From Vicinamibacterales bacterium (GTDB taxonomy: Bacteria; Acidobacteriota; Vicinamibacteria; Vicinamibacterales; UBA8438), in assembly GCA_963663195.1 (NCBI GenBank), contig OY760136.1, positions 4,478,765 through 4,542,764 of the forward strand: a stretch of 64,000 bases of DNA. The letters run 5' to 3'. The translations under genes were made by a program, and so were the position numbers. Numbering within the stretch: the stretch's first letter is position 1; the number at the start of each line of letters is the position of its first letter. Below the pieces are notes generated by a model, which searched no databases, was not told where the DNA came from, and saw only the letters and a program-made list of their open reading frames with translations. Shown in pieces: positions 52,797-62,981 of the stretch.

Positions 52797-54176
52797 TCAG
52801 TTCGTCGCCGCGGCGGTCGCCATCCGCGCGTCGAACAGCGCCAGGTCGACCGCCTCGGCCATCACCCGGTAGCCGTCGTCGTTGCCGTGAATCGCGTCGC
52901 CCGGGTCGTACGCCGGGAGGATGCGCGCCGGATGGTCCGGGTCGCGGATGGCCAGGTCGAATTCGATCACGGCGTCGTACGCGCTGTCGGTCCGCATCCA
53001 CTCGTTGAACGCCTGCCGCTTGGCCTCGCCCGTCTCCGAGTAGGTAATCGCGCCCTCGAACGGCGTCAGCGTGCCGCCGTAGATGCGCAGGCCGCGCGCG
53101 TGCGCCCGCTGCACGAGGGCGGTGTGTCCCGCAATCAGGTCCTCGACCGCGGGCCATGCATGGTCATAGGCGAACCCGACGTCGTTGATCGATTCGAGCA
53201 CGACGACGTGCGTGACGCCCGCCTGCAGCAGCACGTCGCGGTCGAACCGCGAGAGCGCGGAGGGGCCGAAGAACGCGTTCGGGTCGGGCGGCGTCTCGTC
53301 TGGACCGAACGGCGCGCCGCGGCGCAGGATGGTCTCCATGCCGCCGTTGTGGCTCAGCACGCGATTGCCCCCAATGCCGACGTTCAGCACGCCGGGCGCC
53401 GCGTCGCCGTATTCCGCCACGAGCCGCGCGGCGAGGAAGTCGGGCCAGCGGCTGTTGGTATCGGGCGTCGACGCGGTGCCGTCGGTGATGGAATCCCCCA
53501 GCGTGACGATGGCGCCGGGCGCGGTGCGCGTGCTGACGTCAACGCGGGCCAGGTAGAACCAGGTCAGCGTGGTCTCGTCGACCGGCAGCTCCGGCTCGCC
53601 GGCGTGGTCGCCCGGCGCGGACAGATACGTGGTCGACAGCGCGGTGCGGTGCGCCGTCCCCGCCGAATCGGTCGCCCACGTATCGCCCGGCAGGAACAGG
53701 TCGATGGCCAGCTCGGCCAGCGGCGGCACGGCCATTTCGGCCGGGTCGCTCAGCAGCACCGCGCCGCGCTCGATCGTGGCGGACGGCGCGCCGCCGAACG
53801 TCAACGAGCGGCCCGACGCGGCGTCGATCGCCGGGCCGGCCGCGCGCAGGGCGACGTGCGCGCCGCCAATCTCCAGCGGCTCGCTGCCGTACTGGTTGCT
53901 GAACAGCACCCGCACGCCCTCGCCGCCGATGCTTGTGCGCACCACCTGGCGCAGCGTCTGGCCGGCGATGCGCGGCGGCGTGCCCGGTTGGGCGGCGGCT
54001 TCTTCGTCGGGCACCGGCAGCGACACCGGACCGGTCGCCCACGTGCCTATCCACCTCGCCTCCGCCGGCGCCTCCGGCGCCGGCTGCGGCGCGGTCCCGC
54101 AGGCTGCGACCAGCGCCAGGAGCGACGCCGCGATCAACCGCCGGTCAAGCCATGTCCGCCGGGTCAAATTACTCAT
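52797..54176 (-). CDS. SGNH/GDSL hydrolase, probable lipoprotein
   Basis: LVAAC lipobox, WIGTW, GDSITDG, GIGGNR, SIND, DAIH. Confidence 0.88.
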   Translation of the reverse strand: MSNLTRRTWLDRRLIAASLLALVAACGTAPQPAPEAPAEARWIGTWATGPVSLPVPDEEAAAQPGTPPRIAGQTLRQVVRTSIGGEGVRVLFSNQYGSEPLEIGGAHVALRAAGPAIDAASGRSLTFGGAPSATIERGAVLLSDPAEMAVPPLAELAIDLFLPGDTWATDSAGTAHRTALSTTYLSAPGDHAGEPELPVDETTLTWFYLARVDVSTRTAPGAIVTLGDSITDGTASTPDTNSRWPDFLAARLVAEYGDAAPGVLNVGIGGNRVLSHNGGMETILRRGAPFGPDETPPDPNAFFGPSALSRFDRDVLLQAGVTHVVVLESINDVGFAYDHAWPAVEDLIAGHTALVQRAHARGLRIYGGTLTPFEGAITYSETGEAKRQAFNEWMRTDSAYDAVIEFDLAIRDPDHPARILPAYDPGDAIHGNDDGYRVMAEAVDLALFDARMATAAATN

Positions 54177-54469
54177 CTTCTCTCCAGTCCCTGGGCCACG
54201 ATCAGGGTGCCGGGCGCCGCCTCGAAACGTTGCGGAAGAATCGCCTGGTACTCCGGCGAGTCGTACCACGCGCGGAAGGCCTCGCGCGTCGCGAACTCGA
54301 CGATGACGGTGCGCGGATACTCGACCTCGCCCTCGACCACCTCGGGCGTCTCGTCGAATGCCACGACGCGCCCGCCGTGGGCGCTGATGGTCGGCAACGC
54401 CTTGGCAACGTATTGCGCGAGTTGTTCCGGTTTCTCGATGCGTCCCTGCGCCACGACATAGACCGGCAT
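54173..54469 (-). CDS. DUF1330-family protein
   Basis: HGGR...VVEG...VIVEF...AWYDSPEYQ; GGAGGAGG RBS. Confidence 0.85.
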   Translation of the reverse strand: MPVYVVAQGRIEKPEQLAQYVAKALPTISAHGGRVVAFDETPEVVEGEVEYPRTVIVEFATREAFRAWYDSPEYQAILPQRFEAAPGTLIVAQGLERR

Positions 54470-54546
54470 GGGTCTGCCTCCTCCGCCCCGCGGGCGGGTC
54501 CGATCATACCCCCCGTCGCCAACCGCGCGGCGCATCACCTATAGTC

Positions 54547-56904
54547 TTGACGCCCGTGCGCCGCCTTTCCGCATTGCTGCCGACCCTGCTGCTCGCCGCC
54601 GCGCTGCCGGCCGCGGCCGGCCAGCGGCCGGACCCGCAGAGCGCGCGCCCGACCGGCGGCAGCGGCCTGGGCATCAACCTGACCGCAACGCTGGACGGTC
54701 CGCCGCCGCCCGCGCCGCCGGCCGTAGTCGCGCGCGACGAGCGGGGCCGGGCCACCGTGCGCGCCGTACGGGTTGAGGAGCCGATCCGCCTCGACGGCCG
54801 GCTGGACGAGGCGGTGTACCGCGACGTACAGCCGATCACGGGGTTCATCCAGCAGGTGCCTGACGAGGGCGAGCCCGCAACCGAGCAGACCGAGGCCTGG
54901 CTGCTGTTCGACGGCGAGAACATCTACATTGGCGTGCGCTGCCACGACTCCGCCCCGCCGGGCGAGTGGGTCGCCAACGACATGCGCCGCGACACGCCGC
55001 AGCTGCGCCAGAACGACACGTTCGCGGTGATCTTCGACACCTTTTATGACCGCCGCAACGGCGTGGCGTTCTACACCAACCCGCTCGGCGCGCGGGCCGA
55101 CTTCGCCATCACGAACGAAGGCAATCCGAACAGCGACTGGAACCCGGTGTGGGACGTCCGCACCGGCCGCTTCGAGGGCGGCTGGACCGCCGAGATGGAA
55201 ATCCCGTTCAAGTCGCTGCGCTACCGGCCCGGCGCGGCGCAGGTGTGGGGCTTCCAGATGCGGCGCGTCGTGCGGCGCAAGAACGAAGGCTCGTACATCA
55301 CGCCGCTGCCCATCTCCGCGGTCAACCGCAGCGGGGCGATCGGCGGCATCTTCCGCGTGTCGGACGCCGCCACGCTCGTCGGCCTCGAGGCGCCGCAGGG
55401 CAGCCGCAACCTGGAGGTCAAGCCGTACGCCATCGGCGGCGTGGTTACCGACCGTGAAGCCGCGGCGGACGAGGATGAGCTGTGGGGCGGCAACGCCGGG
55501 CTGGACGTGAAGGTCGGCGTCACCCAGAACCTGACGGCGGACTTCACCTACCGCACCGACTTCGCCCAGGTCGAGGTGGACGAGCAGCAGATCAATCTGA
55601 CCCGCTTCAACCTGTTCTTTCCGGAAAAGCGCGAGTTCTTCCTGGAGGGTCGCGGCATCTTCGAGTTCGCCACCGGCGGGGTCACCGGCGGGCCGGGCGG
55701 CTTCCGCGATCCCAATGCCCCGCTGCTCTTCTACAGCCGCCGCATCGGCCTGCAGGACAACCACGTGGTGCCCATCGTCGGCGGCGGCCGGCTGACCGGC
55801 AAGGTCGGCGCGTTCGACGTCGGGGCGCTCAGCATCCAGACCGACCACGACGACGCGTCCGGCGCCCTGGGCACGAACTTCAGCGTCCTGCGCATCAAGC
55901 GCGACGTGTTGCGCAAGAGCAGCATCGGCGCGCTGGTCACCAACCGCTCGGTCTCCACGGTGGGCGACGGCGCCGGCCAGACCTACGGCGTCGACGGCAC
56001 GTTCAGCTTCTACGAGAACGTCCACTTCCTGGCGTACGCCGCGCGCACCAACGCGCCCGGGCGCAGCGACGAGAACACCAGCTACCAGGGCAAGTTCGAC
56101 TACACCGGCGACCTGTACGGCATCCGCGTCAACCACCTGCTCGTCGAGAAGGACTTCAACCCGGAAGTCGGGTTCGTGCGCCGCGACAACTTTCGCCAGT
56201 CGCAGTTCGTCGGGCGCTTCAGCCCGCGGCCGGATATCGACCTCGTGCGGCAGTTCCGCATGGGCTTCAACTTCGAGTACACGCTGACGGCCGATACGTC
56301 ACAGCTCGAGACGCGCATGCGGCTGCTCGGCGGCGAGGCCGAATTCGAGAACGGCGACCAGCTCACCTTCACGGTTAGAGACAACTACGAGCTGCTGCAC
56401 GAGCCGTTCTCGCCGGGCGGCGGCATGGATATTCCAATCGGCGGGTACGCCTTCACCGACTACTCGGTGCAGTACCGCCTCGGGCAGCAGCACCGCGCCA
56501 ACGGACACGTCTCGCTGCAGCGGGGCGGCTACTTCAACGGCGACATCACCTCGCTCGCGTTCTTCGCCGGCTACGTGGAAATGACCTCGCAGCTCTCCAT
56601 CGAGCCGAGCTTCTGGTTCAACTGGATCGACCTCCCGCAAGGCTCGTTCCGCACCGACCTGGCGCTGGCGCGCATCAACTACACCTTCACGCCGCGGATG
56701 TTCTTCGCCGGGCTGGTGCAGTACAACTCCAGCAACGACACGCTCGGCGCCAACCTCCGCTTCCGCTGGGAGTACAGCCCGGGCAGCGAGCTGTTCGTGG
56801 TCTACACGGAGGAACGCGACACGCTGTCGCTGCGCCCCGACCGCTCCACCCACCTGCGCGGCCGCGGCCTGGTGGTGAAGATCAACCGGCTGCTCCAGTT
56901 CTGA
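54547..56904 (+). CDS. CBM9-like/DUF5916 outer-membrane protein
   Basis: Signal peptide, LDGRLDEA CBM9-like domain, DFAQVEVD...FPEKREFFLEG, FYSRRIG, C-terminal Phe; start may be GTG 54556. Confidence 0.8.
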   Translation: MTPVRRLSALLPTLLLAAALPAAAGQRPDPQSARPTGGSGLGINLTATLDGPPPPAPPAVVARDERGRATVRAVRVEEPIRLDGRLDEAVYRDVQPITGFIQQVPDEGEPATEQTEAWLLFDGENIYIGVRCHDSAPPGEWVANDMRRDTPQLRQNDTFAVIFDTFYDRRNGVAFYTNPLGARADFAITNEGNPNSDWNPVWDVRTGRFEGGWTAEMEIPFKSLRYRPGAAQVWGFQMRRVVRRKNEGSYITPLPISAVNRSGAIGGIFRVSDAATLVGLEAPQGSRNLEVKPYAIGGVVTDREAAADEDELWGGNAGLDVKVGVTQNLTADFTYRTDFAQVEVDEQQINLTRFNLFFPEKREFFLEGRGIFEFATGGVTGGPGGFRDPNAPLLFYSRRIGLQDNHVVPIVGGGRLTGKVGAFDVGALSIQTDHDDASGALGTNFSVLRIKRDVLRKSSIGALVTNRSVSTVGDGAGQTYGVDGTFSFYENVHFLAYAARTNAPGRSDENTSYQGKFDYTGDLYGIRVNHLLVEKDFNPEVGFVRRDNFRQSQFVGRFSPRPDIDLVRQFRMGFNFEYTLTADTSQLETRMRLLGGEAEFENGDQLTFTVRDNYELLHEPFSPGGGMDIPIGGYAFTDYSVQYRLGQQHRANGHVSLQRGGYFNGDITSLAFFAGYVEMTSQLSIEPSFWFNWIDLPQGSFRTDLALARINYTFTPRMFFAGLVQYNSSNDTLGANLRFRWEYSPGSELFVVYTEERDTLSLRPDRSTHLRGRGLVVKINRLLQF

Positions 56905-56983
56905 GCGGCGCGGCGCCGGAGGCAGCTGAATCTCGGCTACCATCAGCAAGCGCGAATCAGGTTGAATGCAATCGGGAGGATAT

Positions 56984-58738
56984 ATGTCTGCGATCCGTTG
57001 GGCGCTCGTGGCGTGTCTCGTGATGTCCGCAGGACAGGCGCTGGCTCAGCCGGGGAGCGGCTTCGCCCCCGTGACCGACGCGGAGCTGCAGGATCCCGAT
57101 CCGGCCGACTGGCTCATGTGGCGGCGCACGCTCGACAGCTGGGGCTACAGCCCGCTCGACGAGATCGACCGCGACAACGTGGCCGACCTGCGGATGGTCT
57201 GGTCGCGCGCCCTCGCGCCGGGCCTCCAGCAGGGCACTCCGCTGATCCATGACGGCGTCATGTACATGCCCAACCCGCGCGACGTCATCCAGGCGATCGA
57301 CGCCGCGAGCGGCGATCTCATCTGGGAATACCGGCGGTCGCTGCCCGACGATGTGGACGAGTACTTCATCACCATCCTCGCCGACGTCAACCGCAACCTC
57401 GCCATCTACGACAACCTCATCATCGACACCAGCGTCGACGACTACATATTCGCGCTCGACGCCGCGACGGGCCGCCTGGTCTGGGAGACGGAGATCCTCG
57501 ACTACCGGACGCACCCCGCCAACCAGACCTCCGGGCCCATCATCGCCGGCGGCAAGGTCGTCTCGGGCCGCAGCTGCGCGCCGAGTGGCGGTCCCCACGC
57601 GTGCGTCATCACGGCCCACGACCCCGCGACCGGCGCGGAGCTGTGGCGGACGCGCCTGATCCCCGGGCCCGGCGAACCGGGGGACGAGAGCTGGGGGGAC
57701 GTGCCGTTCGAGGAGCGCAAGCACGTCGGCGCCTGGATGGTGCCCAGCTACGACCCGGCGCTCAACCTCCTCTACATCGGCACGTCGGTTACGTCGCCCG
57801 CCCCGAAGTTCATGCTCGGCGGCGTCGACAGGAAGCACCTGTACCACAACTCGACGCTGGCGCTCGACGCCGACACCGGAGACATCGTCTGGTACTACCA
57901 GCACCTGAACGACCACTGGGATCTCGATCACCCGTTCGAACGCATCTTGCTCGACACGGCCGTCGCGCCGGACCCGGCGGCGGTGAGCTGGATCAACCCG
58001 CGCCTGCGGCACGGCGAGGTCCGCAAGGTCGTCACCGGCATTCCCGGCAAGACCGGCATCGTCTACACCCTCGACCGCGAGACCGGGGAGTTCCTGTGGG
58101 CGACGCCGACAACCACGCAGAACGTGATCAGCAACATCGACGGCGCCACCGGCGCGGTGACGGAGAACTCGGAGGTCGTCTTCACGGGCGACGGACAGAC
58201 GGTGCTGGCCTGCCCGACGCTGGTCGGCGGCAAGGACTGGGAGGCGGGTTCCTACAGCCCGCAGACCGGGCTGATGTATTTCCCGCTGCGCAACGCCTGC
58301 GCGCGGATGATGGCTACGGCCGACAGCAGCAGCGTCGCCGCTTCGCTCTATGCCCTCGTCGTGAGGACCGAGATGGCGCCCGGCGCCGACCAGCTCGGCA
58401 CCGTCCAGGCGATCTCTCCGGAGACCGGCGAGCTCGCCTGGAAGTACGAGCAGCGGGCCGCGACCACGTCGCTCGTCGCGACCGCCGGCGGACTCGTGTT
58501 CGGCGGCGATCTCAACGGCCGGTTCCGCGCCCTGGACGCGCAGACCGGGGACGTGCTGTGGGAGGTGAACCTGGGCTCACCGATCACCGGGTTTCCAATC
58601 ACGTTCGCCGTCGACGGCCGGCAGTACGTCGCGGCCAGCACCGGCAACTCGCGCACCGTCTTCTACTTCACGCCGCTCACTCCGGAGCTGCGCCCGAGCA
58701 TGGGCAACAACCTGTTCGTCTTCGCCCTGCCGGACTGA
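56984..58738 (+). CDS. PQQ-binding beta-propeller dehydrogenase-like protein
   Basis: Signal peptide; YSPLDEI, ALDAATG-W repeats, WDLD, FRALDAQTG, GRQYV; GGAGGA RBS. Confidence 0.88.
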   Translation: MSAIRWALVACLVMSAGQALAQPGSGFAPVTDAELQDPDPADWLMWRRTLDSWGYSPLDEIDRDNVADLRMVWSRALAPGLQQGTPLIHDGVMYMPNPRDVIQAIDAASGDLIWEYRRSLPDDVDEYFITILADVNRNLAIYDNLIIDTSVDDYIFALDAATGRLVWETEILDYRTHPANQTSGPIIAGGKVVSGRSCAPSGGPHACVITAHDPATGAELWRTRLIPGPGEPGDESWGDVPFEERKHVGAWMVPSYDPALNLLYIGTSVTSPAPKFMLGGVDRKHLYHNSTLALDADTGDIVWYYQHLNDHWDLDHPFERILLDTAVAPDPAAVSWINPRLRHGEVRKVVTGIPGKTGIVYTLDRETGEFLWATPTTTQNVISNIDGATGAVTENSEVVFTGDGQTVLACPTLVGGKDWEAGSYSPQTGLMYFPLRNACARMMATADSSSVAASLYALVVRTEMAPGADQLGTVQAISPETGELAWKYEQRAATTSLVATAGGLVFGGDLNGRFRALDAQTGDVLWEVNLGSPITGFPITFAVDGRQYVAASTGNSRTVFYFTPLTPELRPSMGNNLFVFALPD

Positions 58739-58864
58739 GTAGCCGCGGACAGGCCACGCCGCCATCCCGCGGATCAGGCTGGCGCCAGGGCGTGCTCTAC
58801 GAGAGGCGCGGCGGCCCTTAAGTAGAACTCGACTTCCGTCTCGGGACACCGGAAACGGGTGGAA

Positions 58865-59263
58865 TCAGCTCAACGTGTTGACCAGGTCAGCCTCGACGAT
58901 GCGGCGATCCTGCGTCAGCAGCGTGGCGCCGAGGACGCGCGCGGTCGCCACCAGAATGCGGTCGGCGGGATCGCGGTGGAACGAGTCGGGCAATCCGGCA
59001 AGCTCTGCCGCAATGGCCGGAGAGATGGCGTGCAGCCTCACGAGAGGCGGAGCGATCGCTGCTTCGAGCCAGTCGCGCAACGGCACCGCCAGCCGGATGC
59101 GTCCGAGGCCGTGCAAAGTCGCCACTTCCCAGAGCGAGACGCCGGACACGCGCAGCGGCGACCCCGGGGCGGCTGACGCAACGACTTCCTGCTGCGCCGG
59201 CGAAAGCCGCGCCCTGTCTGTCAGCCACCAGATCAGGACGTGCGTATCGAGCAGGGCGATCAC
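58865..59263 (-). CDS. vapC: PIN-domain VapC toxin
   Basis: LLDTHVLIW, SLWEV, HRDPADRILVATA, LLTQD. Confidence 0.9.
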   Translation of the reverse strand: MIALLDTHVLIWWLTDRARLSPAQQEVVASAAPGSPLRVSGVSLWEVATLHGLGRIRLAVPLRDWLEAAIAPPLVRLHAISPAIAAELAGLPDSFHRDPADRILVATARVLGATLLTQDRRIVEADLVNTLS

Positions 59264-59499
59264 CGCCGCAGGCTCTCCCAGTGATCTTCCGGGACCGCCG
59301 GTCCCACGATGTCGCCCACCACGGTAACGCTGCCCTCGAGCGACAACTGTGGATACGCGGCGGCGGTCCGGGTGGCCGGCCCCAACTCGGCAACCGCTCG
59401 GCCGCGCTTCAGAATCACCACCCGTTCACCCGTTTCCGCGACGCGATCGAGGATGGCGAGGCAGCGCGCCTTGAAGTCGGACGCGTTGATGGTCTCCAT
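59260..59499 (-). CDS. Phd/YefM-family antitoxin
   Basis: INASDFKARCLAILDRV...VVILKRGRAVAEL; 4 bp overlap with the toxin gene. Confidence 0.88.
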   Translation of the reverse strand: METINASDFKARCLAILDRVAETGERVVILKRGRAVAELGPATRTAAAYPQLSLEGSVTVVGDIVGPAVPEDHWESLRR

Positions 59500-59500
59500 A

Positions 59501-59535
59501 TAACCAGTTTTCGTGACCAGTCACATAGATGTCAA
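59501..59535 (-). promoter_or_regulatory. TA operon promoter/operator
   Basis: TTGACA -35 (59530-59535), palindrome GTGAC-N2-GTCAC (59513-59524) and related AAC-N2-GTT box just upstream of the antitoxin ATG. Confidence 0.6.
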
Positions 59536-59552
59536 GGAAAGTGCCTGCCGGG

Positions 59553-61265
59553 CTAATCGTCAGGCAGCGTGAAGGCGAACATCGTCGAGCCCTGGCGCGC
59601 GCCGCGCAGCTCCGGGTAGAACAGCGCGAGCATCGCCCCGGCCGACGACCCCCATCCGGACGGCGTCGCGATGTACTGCTTGCCGTCCACCGAGTACGAG
59701 ATCGGTCCGCCGCGGTGGCCGGAGCCGGTCGGGAAGCTCCACAGCTTCTCGCCCGTGCGGTCGTCCAGCGCGAAGAAGTTGCCCTCCGGGTCGCCCGTGA
59801 ACACCAGCCCTCCGGCGGTGGAGAGCAGCGCCGCCAGCAGCGGGTGCTTCGTGTCGAGCCGCCAGACCCGCTCTCCGGTGAGCGGGTCGAAGGCGTCGAG
59901 GTGCGACTCCACCTCTCCGGACGGCAGCGGCAGCAGCTTGCTCGATCCGCCCAGCCAGCGGTCGCCCTGCTCGACCTCCTCCTCGCGGGCGATGAACTCG
60001 CCGCACCACTCGATGCCGATGTTGTAGAGCAACCCGGAGGTCGGGCTGAACGTCGCCTGGTTCCAGCTGCGGCTGCCGAACAGGTTCGGACAGATGATCG
60101 TCGAGTAGTCCAGCTTGGGCTCCAGCCGCCCCTGCGGCACGCCGGCCTCGTCGAGCCCGGTGCTCCAGGTCAGCGTGTCCACGAATTTCCAGCCGGCGAT
60201 GTACTCGCCGTCCGTGCGGTCGAGCACGTAGACGTAGCCGTTCTTGTCCGGGTGGATCAGCAGCTTCCGGGGCACGCCCTCGACCGGCAGGTCGACCAGG
60301 ATGTTCTCGTACGCCGTATCGAAGTCCCAGACGTCGTGCGGGATGGTCTGGAAATACCACTCCAGCTCCCCCGTCTGCGCCCGCAGCGCGACGATGCTGT
60401 TCGTGTACAGGTTGGCGCCGGTGCGGTGGCCGCCGTAGAAGTCGGACGAGGCGTTGCCGGTGCCCCAGTAGATCAGGTCGAGCTCCGGGTCGTAGGAGCC
60501 GGTCATCCAGGCGGCGCCGCCGCCGAACCGCCAGCTGTCCCCCGCCCAGGTCTCGTTGCCCGGCTCGCCGGGGCCGGGGATGATGTGGAACCACCAGCGC
60601 TGCTCGCCGGTGCGCGCGTCGAACGCCACGATGTGGCCGCGGTGCGCAAGGTCGCCGCCGCGCGAGCCCACCACGACGATGTCGTTGACCAGCAGCGGCG
60701 CCGCCCGCATGAAGCAGCCGAACTCGGCGCGGTCCTCCACCAGCGTGCGCCACGACTCCTCGCCCGTCTCGACGTCGACCGCCACGACGTAGTTGTCGTC
60801 GGTGCCGAAGTACAGGTTGCCGTGGCCCAGCGCCAGCCCGCGCACCGTCTCGACCGGCCGCCGCCCGTCGCCCGTGTGCGGCGCCGAGTGCTCGTAGACG
60901 TAGCGCCAGATCTCGCGCCCCGTCGCCGCGTCGAGCGCGTAGACGCGGGTCCCCGAGGTGGAGAGATACATGACGCCGTCCGCCACCAGCGGCGTGCTCT
61001 GCAGGCCGTGCTGCTGCACGCCGCCCTGAAACGCCCAGGCAGCCTTCAGCTCATGGACGTTGTCCGCGTTGATCTGGTCCAGGGCGCTGTGGCGCAGCGA
61101 GCGGTACGTGCCGCCGTAGACCAGCCAGTTCTCCGGCTCGCTGTCGGCGTTGCGCAGGCGCTCCAGGGTCACCTCGCCCTGCGCGCCCAACCCGGCAACC
61201 GCCAGCAGTCCCGCACATGCGGCCAGCAGCAACGCGCGTCCCGGTTTCGAGTGGACCATCTGCAT
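59553..61265 (-). CDS. PQQ-dependent dehydrogenase, alcohol dehydrogenase-like
   Basis: Signal peptide; NWLVYGG, TPLVADG, YWGTGN, PHDVWDFD, KNGYVYVLDR, GKQYI; no vicinal CC. Confidence 0.9.
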   Translation of the reverse strand: MQMVHSKPGRALLLAACAGLLAVAGLGAQGEVTLERLRNADSEPENWLVYGGTYRSLRHSALDQINADNVHELKAAWAFQGGVQQHGLQSTPLVADGVMYLSTSGTRVYALDAATGREIWRYVYEHSAPHTGDGRRPVETVRGLALGHGNLYFGTDDNYVVAVDVETGEESWRTLVEDRAEFGCFMRAAPLLVNDIVVVGSRGGDLAHRGHIVAFDARTGEQRWWFHIIPGPGEPGNETWAGDSWRFGGGAAWMTGSYDPELDLIYWGTGNASSDFYGGHRTGANLYTNSIVALRAQTGELEWYFQTIPHDVWDFDTAYENILVDLPVEGVPRKLLIHPDKNGYVYVLDRTDGEYIAGWKFVDTLTWSTGLDEAGVPQGRLEPKLDYSTIICPNLFGSRSWNQATFSPTSGLLYNIGIEWCGEFIAREEEVEQGDRWLGGSSKLLPLPSGEVESHLDAFDPLTGERVWRLDTKHPLLAALLSTAGGLVFTGDPEGNFFALDDRTGEKLWSFPTGSGHRGGPISYSVDGKQYIATPSGWGSSAGAMLALFYPELRGARQGSTMFAFTLPDD

Positions 61266-61310
61266 GCCATCCCCCCTGTTTCTTGCGCCGCGCGCAGGCG
61301 GCGCCCCGGC

Positions 61311-62981
61311 TCAATCGCGCAGGCCGAAGACGAACAGCGAGTGGCCCGCGGCGATGGCGACGTACTGCCGGCCGCCGGCCTCGTAGCTGATCGGCGCGGA
61401 CAGCGTGTTGCCGCCGGTGACCGCCCGCCACAGCCGCTCGCCGCTGCGCGCGTTCAGCGCCTGGAAGTATCCCTCGCGGCCGCCCACGAACAGCAGGTCC
61501 GTCGCCGTTGTCAGGATACCGCTGTTCATGACGTCGTACGTCTCCCACTGCCACACCTTCTCGCCGCTGACCGGGTTGAAGGCGAGCACGGAGCCGTGTC
61601 CGACCGCCGACGTCCAGGTGTTGACGTGCCCGCGGCCGACCGGCGGCGGCTCCGGGACGCCCTTGACCAGGCTGCGGTTGCGGCTGCCGGTGTAGAGCTG
61701 GCCCGGCACGTACTCCACCGGCGCGGAGTCGAACACCGTGGCGTAGTCCTCCCACGTGGAGAAGTACATCAGCCCGGTCCGCGGGCTGTAGGACGGCGAA
61801 TACCAGTTCGTGCCGCCCTGCTTGCCGGGGTAGGTCGGAAGGTCGGGACCCTGCGGCGTCTGGATCGGCCGGCCGCTGTCGTCGAGCCCTTCCGCCCAGT
61901 TGATCCGCGTGAACGGGTTGCCGGTCAGGAAGCGGCCGGTCACGCGGTCGAGGATGTAGAAGAAGCCGTTGCGGTTGGCCCACAGCATCGCCTTGAGGAG
62001 CGACCCGTTGATGTCGAGATCGGCCAGCACCGGGATCTGCACGGCGTCGTAGTCGTAGCGGTCGCCGGGGGTGAACTGGAAGTACCACGCGAGCTCCCCG
62101 TTGTCGGCGTTCAGCGCGACGACGGAGCTGGCGTACAGGTTGTCGCCCGGGCGCTGGTACCAGGCATAGTCGGGACCGGGGTTCCCGATGCCCCAGAACG
62201 TCAGGTTCGTCTGCGGGTCGTACGACCCCGTCAGCCAGACCGCCGCGCCGCCGGTTTGCCACGCGTCGGGGTCGCAATGCTCCATCTCGGGCGTGCAACG
62301 CTCCCAGGTCTCGGACCCCGGCTCGCCGGGCGCCGGAATGGTGTAGAAGCGCCACGCCTCCTCTCCCGTGTGGATGTCCAGGGCCGCGATGAACCCGCGG
62401 ATGCCCATGTCGCCGCCCGACGTCCCGACAATCACCTTGTCCTTGACCACCAGCGGGGCGTGCGTGATCGCGTAGGCGTAGGTCGGGTCCGCCAGCTGCG
62501 TCTCCCACAGCGGGCCGCCGCTCCTGGCGTCGACCGCCACGACCATCGCGTCGACGGTGCCCATCAGCAGCGTGTCGCCGGCGATGGCGAGGCCGCGGTT
62601 GGTGAAGCCGCAGCACGGCCGCGCGTCGGGCGACGGGACGTGCTCGTAGATCCAGAACACGCGGCCCGTGCGGGCGTCGAGCGCCACCACGTCGTTGGGC
62701 GGCTGGGTGAGGTACATGACGCCGTCGACCACCAGCGGCGTCGCCTGGAAGTTGTGCGACGTCTGCGACTGGAACACCCACTTCATCTCCAGGTCGCCGA
62801 CGTTGTCGAGCGTGATCTGGTCCAGGGCGCTGTGGCGCTGGCTGGAGAACGTGCCGGAATAGGTGAGCCAGTTGTGCGGCTCGTCCGCGGCGTTGACCAG
62901 CCGCTCCCAGGTGACCTGCGCGCCGGCCGGCCATGGCAGCAGCAGCACGAATCCCACCAGCGCGATGAGCGCCCGCGTCAT
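61311..62981 (-). CDS. PQQ-dependent dehydrogenase, methanol/ethanol family
   Basis: Signal peptide from ATG 62981; NWLTYSG, vicinal PCCG..NRG, WGIGNP, PGDNLY, YDYD, NRNGFFY, GRQYV. Confidence 0.92.
   Translation of the reverse strand: MTRALIALVGFVLLLPWPAGAQVTWERLVNAADEPHNWLTYSGTFSSQRHSALDQITLDNVGDLEMKWVFQSQTSHNFQATPLVVDGVMYLTQPPNDVVALDARTGRVFWIYEHVPSPDARPCCGFTNRGLAIAGDTLLMGTVDAMVVAVDARSGGPLWETQLADPTYAYAITHAPLVVKDKVIVGTSGGDMGIRGFIAALDIHTGEEAWRFYTIPAPGEPGSETWERCTPEMEHCDPDAWQTGGAAVWLTGSYDPQTNLTFWGIGNPGPDYAWYQRPGDNLYASSVVALNADNGELAWYFQFTPGDRYDYDAVQIPVLADLDINGSLLKAMLWANRNGFFYILDRVTGRFLTGNPFTRINWAEGLDDSGRPIQTPQGPDLPTYPGKQGGTNWYSPSYSPRTGLMYFSTWEDYATVFDSAPVEYVPGQLYTGSRNRSLVKGVPEPPPVGRGHVNTWTSAVGHGSVLAFNPVSGEKVWQWETYDVMNSGILTTATDLLFVGGREGYFQALNARSGERLWRAVTGGNTLSAPISYEAGGRQYVAIAAGHSLFVFGLRD

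Noticed and set aside
58739-58864. Possible pseudogene remnant downstream of vapC
   Set aside because: Too short and no recognisable motif
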